The position numbers were made by a program, and so were the translations under genes. Under the pieces are notes generated by a model that saw only the letters and a program-made list of their open reading frames with translations, did no database searches and had not been told where the DNA came from. DNA of 63,567 nt, taken from assembly GCA_017540905.1 (NCBI GenBank), contig JAFYAC010000094.1, forward strand, positions 1 to 63,567. Direction: 5' to 3'. This document shows, one piece after another, positions 56,635-63,567 of this stretch. The number at the start of each line of letters is the position of its first letter. The first letter of the stretch is position 1. Source of the stretch: Kiritimatiellia bacterium. Its GTDB lineage: Bacteria > Verrucomicrobiota > Kiritimatiellia > CAIQIC01 > Lenti-01.

Positions 56635-57180
56635 GCGCTCTCCACGGGGAGGGACGCGCTTCTGCGCGTCCGCGAAAGAAAAGGTGGCAACACAATGGAT
56701 GGCGGCCACACTATTTCTGAAAACGCTCTAGTGGAACCGTCTCCCGAATTCAGCAAATTCATGGACCAAGGAAGGCGCCAGGACCCGCCCCCCTCCGAGA
56801 GGGGGGTGGCGCGGCCATGGATGGAAGGCGGATGCATGGCAAAAGACAAGCGGCAAGGGCCGCGACGGGGGGAGTACTGCGGTCGGCCGTAGCGGCAAGC
56901 GCGACTCCGCACCGGCAACGAACGAATCAAGACTTTTGCGGATGGAGCAAGTGGACGCCTGCATCGACGGCCTCCCGCAGTACTCCCCCCGCCGCCCTTT
57001 CCTTCCGCTCCGCATTTGCAAGCCATAAGCCATCTTCCTCCGGGCGGCACCCCCCTCTCGGAGGGGGGCGAATGCTCGCGCACACCCCATTCCCTGAATA
57101 CGGCCCCCATCGTCCCAACCCCATCGTCGCAATCCACTATGGCGGGTTCAGAAATAGTGTTGCCTCAACCTTTTGTCCCG
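56635..57180. repeat. Composite palindrome: family C (-), FB1 copy c, family C-like (+)
   Basis: GCGCTCTCCACGGGGAGGGACGCGCTTCTGCGCGTCCGCGAAAGAAAAGGTGGCAACACAATGG...CTATTTCTGAAAACGCTCTAGTGGAACC is followed by the FB1 arms in the opposite order to copy a. The region ends in ...TCCACTATGGCGGGTTCAGAAATAGTGTTGCC. Confidence 0.75.
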
Positions 57181-57184
57181 TCCA

Positions 57185-57288
57185 GGCGTTTGTCCGGCGT
57201 TTTCCGGGTGCGAAGGCTTCTCCGACAAACGCCCCTTCCAAAACTCCTCCGTGCCTCCTTCCTCCGTTCCCTCCGTGTTTCGCGCCGC
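57185..57288 (-). repeat. Half-copy (single arm) of foldback family FB2
   Basis: GGCGTTTGTCCGGCGTTTTCCGGG...CTCCGTGCCTCCTTCC...CTCCGTGTTTCGCGCCGC is the reverse complement of the FB2 left arm. Confidence 0.7.
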
Positions 57289-57370
57289 GGGCCCGTTTCC
57301 CTGCGGCAACGCCTTGTCTGGTCGGCATTCCGGCGAGTCCCCCCGCCGCTGGGCGGATGGCGGGTTCCCC

Positions 57371-58216
57371 CTACTCGGCGGAGGGGGTGAGGCAGACGCG
57401 GAAGCCGACGTTGTTGTAGCGGCTGGCGGGGGGGAGGGAGAGGCGGTCGTTCTGGCGGCGGATGTCGAACCAGTCGTCGCCGCACCAGCATCCGCCGCAC
57501 ACCACGCGCTCGGTGCCGGTGGCGGGACCCGCGTAGTTCGTCGCCGAGGCTTCGGGCCAGGCGCCGGACCAGTCCGAACACCATTCGCAGACGTTGCCTG
57601 CCATGTCGTACAGCCCGGTGGTGCCCGCGGCCGACCGCCCGACGGGGTGGGTCCGGTTTTCGCTGTTCCGGGCCGTCCAGCTCCACGGGGTGCCGGCGTA
57701 TTCCCGGACGACGGCGCGGGCCACGAGCCACTCCATTTCCGTCGGGAGGCGCAATCCCGTCCGGCGGCAGAACTCCATGCAGTCTTCCCAGGATACGCTT
57801 TCCACCGGCAGCTCCGCCCGCTTCGAGGCCACCGGGAACTCCTCGCCGCGGAAATACGACGGGTTGGTCCCCATCACGCTTTCCCACTGCTTCTGTGTCA
57901 CCTCGCAGACGCCGATCCAGAAGCCGTCCACCGTCATCCAGACGGGTTCCTTCGGCGGAGCACCGGATTTTTCGAACAATTTCGGGACCATCGCCCGCAG
58001 GGCCGCCTCCTTGGCCGCCTCCCCGATGCCCATCTTGCAGTCTTCGATCCACGCCAGGGTCAACTCCGCGCCGCCGGGCAGGGTGACGGTCCGTTTTTCG
58101 AAATTCTCCTCTCCCGGCGGAAGGATGCACCGTCCGTCCGGCGGGGCGGCGGGGGCCGCCGCCGCCGCGGAGAGCAGCGCCAGCGCCGCGACGATCCGTT
58201 TCCAGGCGTGTTTCAT
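57371..58216 (-). CDS. Secreted FGE-sulfatase fold protein
   Basis: MKHAWKRIVAALALLSAAAAAPA is the signal peptide. FWIGVCEVTQKQW, LRLPTEMEW, YDMAGNVCEWC and NNVGFRV are fold hallmarks. Its ATG overlaps the kinase stop as ATGA. Confidence 0.85.
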   Translation of the reverse strand: MKHAWKRIVAALALLSAAAAAPAAPPDGRCILPPGEENFEKRTVTLPGGAELTLAWIEDCKMGIGEAAKEAALRAMVPKLFEKSGAPPKEPVWMTVDGFWIGVCEVTQKQWESVMGTNPSYFRGEEFPVASKRAELPVESVSWEDCMEFCRRTGLRLPTEMEWLVARAVVREYAGTPWSWTARNSENRTHPVGRSAAGTTGLYDMAGNVCEWCSDWSGAWPEASATNYAGPATGTERVVCGGCWCGDDWFDIRRQNDRLSLPPASRYNNVGFRVCLTPSAE

Positions 58217-60099
58217 CGGATTTCGAACCCCCAGTCATCTTGCCCGTCCTCTTCATCCTCTTCTTCCGAATCGGACTCGAAGGGGGCGCGCCGTTCCGCC
58301 CACAGGCGGAATCCGATTTCACCGGGCGCGGGACAGCGGGCGAAGGGGTAGTCGCTGGGGACGGTGTCCGCGCTCTTCAGGAGGTCCCAGTAGCGCATGA
58401 AGCGCGGTTGCTCCAGCAACGCCTCCGGAAGGGTTTCCCCCGCGGCCCGGTCCGCCCAGCTTCCGCCCATGCAGCGGAAACCGGCCTTGCCGTCCGCTTC
58501 GCCCCAAGATCTCGTCAGTTCCCGGACGTTCCCGTACAGGTCGGAGCAAGAGGCGCCATCCGCCTTTTCGCCGATGGGATGCGTCCGTCCCCCGGCGTTC
58601 TCCGCGAACCATCCGGCCTCCAGGCGGGCCTCCGGGGTGTCGGCCGGATGGAGAGAAGCCAGTTGCCGCCACTCCGGCGCATCCGGCAGACGGAAAGTCC
58701 AGTCTTCCTCCCTGGCGATGGAAGTCGAATTGAGGCGTTGGAGAAACTCCAGGCAGGCGCCCAGGGTCAGGGAATCCACGGGCCTGTCGTCGCCCTGGAA
58801 GCGGGAAGGGTTGTCGTCCATCAGGGCCATCCATTCCTTTTGGGTGACCTCGTGGAGGCCGCCCCAGGTGGAAACCCAAGCGTTTCTCTCCAACCTGGTG
58901 CCGAATGGCTTCATGTCATCCACCAGCGCGAGGATGGTTTCCTTTTTTTCTTCGTCCGCCTCGAAACGGGCCAGCGCCGCGGCGCGCACGGCACGGACGC
59001 CCGGCGCTGCCGGCACCTCCGGCGCGGCCACCGGTTCGGGGGAGGGCGGCGCTGCCGGACTCGCTGGGACCTCCGTAACGGCAGGGGAGGGAGTGGCTGG
59101 GGTGTCGGCGGGTGCCGGGGAAGCGGGAGGCGCGGGGGACAGCGCGGGAGCGGGGGCAGGAACAGGGGGCTGCACGGGAGCGGGGGGCGGACCTTCTGGC
59201 GACGGTTCCAGACGTCGCGCAAGCGGCACCGCAATGGGCACCGCCACCAGCAGACCCAGCACCGCCGCGGCCGCGGCGGTGCGCCGCCAGTGGCGGCGGC
59301 GGATGGCGCGCGAGAAGGCCGCGGCGTCCGGGTAGCGCTGGCGGGGGAGGCTGGCGGTGGCCTTGCGGATGATCCGTTCCCAGGCGCGGGGCGGGTTGCC
59401 TCCGAAGCATTCGTCGGCGAGGATGCCCAGCGCGTGGACGTCGGTCGCCGGGGTCGGCGCGCCGCCCGCGAACTGCTCCGGGGCCGCGTAGCCGGGCGTG
59501 CCCACCCCCACCTCGGCGCCGTCCACCACCGACGGCGAGACGCGCCCCGCCGCCGTCTCGCCCGCGACCGTCTCGCCCGCCCGCTTGAGCAGGCCGAAAT
59601 CGACCAGCACCGCATGGCCGTCCGCGCGGCGGAGGATGTTGCGGGGCTTGAGGTCGCGGTGGACCCAGCCGCGCCGGTGCAGTTCCGCGACGCCGCGCGC
59701 GACGTCGAGGAGGTAGGCCGCCACGGCCGCGTCCCTGTGCGGCAGCGGGTACTCCTCCAGCAGCTCCATCGCAATCCACGGGCGCCCCTCCTCCACCCCC
59801 GCGCCGAAGAAGGCCGGGAACGCAGGTCCCGGCGCCTCCATCAAAAAGCGCGTCTCCCGGTCGAAGCGCTCGCGCGGCCCGTCGCCGTCGCGCCAGAGGA
59901 CCTTCAGGACCGCCGGCGTCCCCAACCGCCGGTGGCGCGCGCAATAGACTTCCGCGCTGCCGCCGCGCCCGACGTAGCCCGCCACCATCCACTCGCCGAT
60001 CTCCCGCCCCTCGCGCCAGAGGTGGGTCGCCCCCTCGGCCACCGACGCGCCCGCTTGGGCCAGCCAGTTCTCCAGCCTGTCGCCGCCATCAGGGCCCAT
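58213..60099 (-). CDS. Hanks-type Ser/Thr protein kinase with one TM helix, a Pro-rich linker and an extracytoplasmic FGE-sulfatase-fold domain
   Basis: GRGGSAEVY..AVLKV is the G-loop with the VAIK-like Lys. HRDLKPRNIL, DFGL and GTPGYAAPE are kinase motifs. The transmembrane helix is AAAAAVLGLLVAVPIAVPL. The C-terminal part carries HEVTQKEWMALM...FRLPDAPEW...DLYGNVRE. Confidence 0.9.
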   Translation of the reverse strand: MGPDGGDRLENWLAQAGASVAEGATHLWREGREIGEWMVAGYVGRGGSAEVYCARHRRLGTPAVLKVLWRDGDGPRERFDRETRFLMEAPGPAFPAFFGAGVEEGRPWIAMELLEEYPLPHRDAAVAAYLLDVARGVAELHRRGWVHRDLKPRNILRRADGHAVLVDFGLLKRAGETVAGETAAGRVSPSVVDGAEVGVGTPGYAAPEQFAGGAPTPATDVHALGILADECFGGNPPRAWERIIRKATASLPRQRYPDAAAFSRAIRRRHWRRTAAAAAVLGLLVAVPIAVPLARRLEPSPEGPPPAPVQPPVPAPAPALSPAPPASPAPADTPATPSPAVTEVPASPAAPPSPEPVAAPEVPAAPGVRAVRAAALARFEADEEKKETILALVDDMKPFGTRLERNAWVSTWGGLHEVTQKEWMALMDDNPSRFQGDDRPVDSLTLGACLEFLQRLNSTSIAREEDWTFRLPDAPEWRQLASLHPADTPEARLEAGWFAENAGGRTHPIGEKADGASCSDLYGNVRELTRSWGEADGKAGFRCMGGSWADRAAGETLPEALLEQPRFMRYWDLLKSADTVPSDYPFARCPAPGEIGFRLWAERRAPFESDSEEEDEEDGQDDWGFEIR

Positions 60100-60649
60100 C
60101 GACGCGCTCCATCCGTTCCACCAGTTCGCGGAGGCGCGCCGTCATGCGCTTCTTCGCCTGGTCCACCACGTCGCGCGTCGCCAGCAGCGAGGCCGCCACG
60201 TCCGCGGGCTTCTCCCCGCGCAACGCCGTGCGCACGAACATCTGCTTGTGGCGGGCGTTGACCGACGGGTCGGCCAGCAGCTGCTCCAGCGCCGCCGCGT
60301 AGACCGCCTCCCGCCATGACGCCTCCTCAGCGTCCGCCGCGGCACCGTCCGCCGCGTCGGCGGCCAGGCGGTTCTCCATGCGCTTGCGGCGGCCTTCGGA
60401 GCGGAGGGCGTTGAGCGCCTTGTGGCGGAGCACGCCGGTGAGGTAGTTGTGGAAGGCCCCCTGCCCGGACGGCACCGCCACGTAGCCCGGCAGGGCGTCC
60501 ATCAGGGCCAGCAGCGTCTCCTGGATCAGGTCGTCCGCCTCCAGCCCCGGGAAGCGCTCCTGCATGTACGCCTCCATCATCGGCCGGTACGCCGCGACGA
60601 ACTCCGTCCAGCGCGGATGCTCCGCCGCCCCGGCGATCTGCTTGAGCAT
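60089..60649 (-). CDS. ECF-type RNA polymerase sigma factor
   Basis: Region 2 is DDLIQETLLALMDAL...FHNYLTGVLRHKALNALR. Region 4 is RHKQMFVRTALRGEKPADVAASLLATRDVVDQAKKRMTARLRELV. The 3' end overlaps the kinase start by 11 nt. I use the ATG at 60649, although the true start could be further upstream. Confidence 0.8.
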   Translation of the reverse strand: MLKQIAGAAEHPRWTEFVAAYRPMMEAYMQERFPGLEADDLIQETLLALMDALPGYVAVPSGQGAFHNYLTGVLRHKALNALRSEGRRKRMENRLAADAADGAAADAEEASWREAVYAAALEQLLADPSVNARHKQMFVRTALRGEKPADVAASLLATRDVVDQAKKRMTARLRELVERMERVDGP

Positions 60650-61022
60650 CGTCGTGGAGGTGGTCGGCACCAGCGACCCCGCCGCGCCCTTCGGCGCGGG
60701 GGGCGGGATGGATGGCGGATGGGGTTTCACGTCGGGGTTCCCGCGGTCTCCCGCGAGTAAACCACACCCCGCACCGGGCCGCAATGCAAACTCCGGGAGG
60801 CGGACGGGGGCGGGTGTGGGACGAAATAGGGAATAGAAACTGCACCCAAGGCATTTTTGCAATTACGGGAAACCATTGACATTCCGGCGGTTTTTCACCA
60901 TCCTCCACCCCATGGACACCATCCGGAAATGCCACGGAGCAACCGCCTCCGTCCCCCGCCCCGCCGCCGCGGATTCCACCCGCGGCACGGCCTTGCGCCA
61001 CGGGGGGCGGCCGTGAAACTGA

Positions 61023-62308
61023 TCCATACGGCGGACTGGCATCTGGGGGCGAAGCTGTGCGACCGGGACCGGCTCCCGGAACAGGCGCGCTTCCTCGAAT
61101 GGTTCGCGGGGCTGCTGCGGGAGGAGCGTCCGGACTTGCTCGTCGTCGCCGGGGACGTGTTCGACACGCACCAGCCCTCCCCCGCCGCCCAGAAGCTCTA
61201 TTACGATTTGCTCGCCGCCATCGTGAGGGACCGCCTGTGCCGGTGCGTCGCCATCCTCGGCGGCAACCACGACTCGGCCCAGCTGCTGGCGGTCCCGGAG
61301 CGCCTGCTCTCGCCGCTCGGCATACGGATCGTCGCCCGCCGCGCGGAGGCGCCGGCCGACGAAGCCATCCTGGTGCCGTCGGCGGACGGCGGTCCGGGGC
61401 TGGCGCTGGCGGCGGTGCCGTTCCTGTCGAAGGCGGACCTGGCGAACTCGGCCCCGCCGGAGGAGGGGGAAGGGGCGGGGCCGGAGCGTCCGGACCGCGC
61501 GGACCGCGCCGCGCGCCTGCGCTCCGGCTTCGCCGCCCACTACCGCGCCGTCGCGGCGGCCGCGCGCGCCGCGGCCCCCGGCGCGCCGCTGGTGGTGGCG
61601 GGCCACGGGGTGTTGGAGGGGTGCCTGGCGCGCGACATCCGTCCCGGGCGGCTGCGGCCGGTCGGCGGCGTGGACGCCTACCCGGCGGAGACCCTGCCCC
61701 CGGCGGATTACGTGGCGTTCGGGCACCTGCACCTGCCGCAGTCGGTCGGCGGCAATCCGTGCGTGCGCTACAGCGGGGCGCCGCTGCCGATGAGTTTCTT
61801 CGAGGCCGGAACGCCCAAGAGCGTCGTGCGCGCCGAGTTCGGCGCGCCGGGGGAGCCGCCGCGCATCGAGGAGGTGCCGGTGCCGGCGTTCCGGCGGTTG
61901 GCGGCGCTGAAGGGGACGCCGGAGGAGCTGCGCGCGGCGGTGGAGGGGCTGGTGGCGGAACGCGCGGAGTGCTGGGTCTCGCTCGCGGCGACGGAGGGGG
62001 CGGCGGACGGCGACATGGCGTCGTTCTGGGCGGACCTCGACCGCGCGGCGTCCGGCAGCGGCGTGGAGCTGCTCGTGCGGGAGGAGCCGCCGCCGCCGGA
62101 AGCCGCCGCCGGCACCGGCCGCGCCGCGCTCGCCGCCGCGTCCACGGCCGACGGCCTCCGCGCCGCCTCTCCGCTGGAGGTCGGCCTCATGCGCCTGCGC
62201 GAAGCGGCGGCCTCCCCCGCCGAATTCGAAATCTACGCCGCCATGCTCCGCGAGGCCGTCGAAGCCGCCGAAGCCGGGGCCGCCCCCGGGGAAGGAGCCG
62301 CGCCGTGA
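61023..62308 (+). CDS. sbcD: Exonuclease SbcD (Mre11-like)
   Basis: (V)KLIHTADWHLGAKL, LLVVAGDVFD, ILGGNHD and VAFGHLH are phosphoesterase motifs. I use the GTG at 61023. Confidence 0.9.
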
Positions 62309-63567
62309 AGCTCCTCCGCCTCGCCTTCAAGAACATCAACTCCCTCGCCGGCGAATGGAGCATCGACTTCACGCGGCCGGAGTACCGCGACGGAATCTTC
62401 CTGATCGTCGGCGACACCGGCAGCGGCAAGACCTCCGTGCTCGACGCCCTCTCCCTCGCCCTCTACGGGCGGACCGCCCGCCAGGAAAAGTTCTCCGACA
62501 AGGTCAACGAAGTGATGACGCGCGGCACCGGCGAATGCTGGGCCGAGGCCACCTTCTCGTGCGAAAGCGGCGTCTACACCTCGCGCTGGAGCCAGCACCG
62601 CGCCCACAACCGGCAGGGCGGCTCCCTCCAGGACATCGAAATCACCCTCACCGCCGCCGACGGCACCGAGCTGGCCGACCACCGCGGGCGGGACGCCAAG
62701 AGCCGCATCGCGGGCCTGCTCGGACTGGACTTCGACCAATTCCAGCGAACGGTGATGCTCTCGCAGGGGCAGTTCGACCGCTTCCTGACGGCCAAGCCGA
62801 ACGAGCGCTCCGCCATCCTCGAACAGGCGACCGGAACCGAAATCTACGCGCGGGCGGGGTGCGTCATCCACGAACGCTGGAAGCGGGCCAAGGCCGCCGC
62901 CCAGCTCGCACTGGAGTGCCGCAACGCCCTCGCCGCGCTTTCCGGCGACGACCGCGCGGCCCTGCAAACCGACCTCGATTCCGCGCTCGCCGCCATACCC
63001 GCCGCCCAAGCCGGCCTCGCCGCCGCGCAAGCCGAATGCCAGTGGCACGCGCGCGCCGCCGAACTCGCCGACCGCGAAACCTCCCTCGCCGCCGAAGCTG
63101 CCGCGCTCGCCGCCCGCGACGCCGACCTCGCGGAGCCGCGCCGCATCCTCGCCGCCGCCCGTACCGCCCGCGCCCTCGACTCGCTCCACGCCGCATTGGA
63201 AACCGCGCGCCGCACCGCCGAAGCCGCGTCCGCCGAGGCCGCGCGCCGCGCCGAAGCCGCCGCCGCCGCCGCGAAAAAACGCGACACCGCCGCCGCCGCC
63301 CTCCGGCGCGCCGCCGAAGCCCAGGCCGCCGCCGCCGCGACCCTCGAACGCCGCCTCCCCGACATCGCGCGCGCCCGCCAACTCGATTCCGAACTCGCCC
63401 TCGCCACCGCAACCCTCGCCACCGCCGCCAAGGACCTGCGCGCCGCCGAGACCGCCCGCGCCGAAGCCGCCGCCCGCCGCGCCAACCTCGAAACCGCCAT
63501 CGCCGCCTCCCGCGCCCTCGCCGGATGGCTCGGCGCCGTACTCTCCCCCGACGCCCCCGGCACCACC
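62305..63567 (+). CDS. sbcC: Exonuclease SbcC (Rad50-like ATPase), N-terminal part; runs off the right edge
   Basis: Absent from the ORF track because it has no in-window stop. (V)KLLRLAFKNINSLAGEWSIDFT...FLIVGDTGSGKTSVLDALSLALYG carries the Walker A motif. QFQRTVMLSQGQFDRFL and an Ala-rich coiled coil follow. The GTG start overlaps the sbcD stop as GTGA. Confidence 0.9.
   Translation, partial: MKLLRLAFKNINSLAGEWSIDFTRPEYRDGIFLIVGDTGSGKTSVLDALSLALYGRTARQEKFSDKVNEVMTRGTGECWAEATFSCESGVYTSRWSQHRAHNRQGGSLQDIEITLTAADGTELADHRGRDAKSRIAGLLGLDFDQFQRTVMLSQGQFDRFLTAKPNERSAILEQATGTEIYARAGCVIHERWKRAKAAAQLALECRNALAALSGDDRAALQTDLDSALAAIPAAQAGLAAAQAECQWHARAAELADRETSLAAEAAALAARDADLAEPRRILAAARTARALDSLHAALETARRTAEAASAEAARRAEAAAAAAKKRDTAAAALRRAAEAQAAAAATLERRLPDIARARQLDSELALATATLATAAKDLRAAETARAEAAARRANLETAIAASRALAGWLGAVLSPDAPGTT

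Overview
GC-rich bacterial chromosomal segment. The gene content looks PVC-like (Verrucomicrobiota, Kiritimatiellota or Lentisphaerota): many prepilin-type pseudopilins, FGE-sulfatase-fold proteins, an ECF sigma factor coupled to a Ser/Thr kinase, and a GH172/DUF2961 protein. That assignment is inference only. I call about 50 protein genes, 2 tRNAs and 1 TPP riboswitch. Housekeeping genes: pnp-rpsO, gltA, rpmB, thiM-thiE behind the TPP riboswitch, murB, a split metH, tsaC, sbcCD, tRNA-Pro(CGG) and tRNA-Leu(UAA). There is also a Wza/Wzc/O-antigen-ligase exopolysaccharide export cluster, T2SS-type pseudopilins with a prepilin peptidase and ComEC, and an ECF-sigma / Ser-Thr kinase / FGE-domain / HEAT-repeat cluster. 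Both window edges cut real genes that the ORF track omits because they have no in-window stop: an S8 protease at 1..3488(-) and sbcC at 62305..63567(+). Most of the very long track ORFs are off-frame or antisense shadows typical of high-GC DNA, and I rejected them. The most unusual feature is non-coding. By my gene calls, 14 intergenic spacers longer than 280 bp sum to about 8.8 kb. Most of these (at least 11 of the 14) carry a modular set of interspersed GC-rich hairpin and foldback repeats. Two of these show transposition signatures: terminal inverted repeats plus target-site duplications, and in one case a nested insertion into another repeat. No transposase is visible in the window. A 14-nt GAGATTAC(A/G)GAAAA box recurs 13 times, and inverted pairs of it bracket two orphan genes (a 311-aa unknown and a stand-alone ParB-like protein). 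Four tandem 19-bp palindromes sit upstream of the GH172 gene. I recognised no CRISPR array, rRNA, integrase, phage module or canonical defence system.
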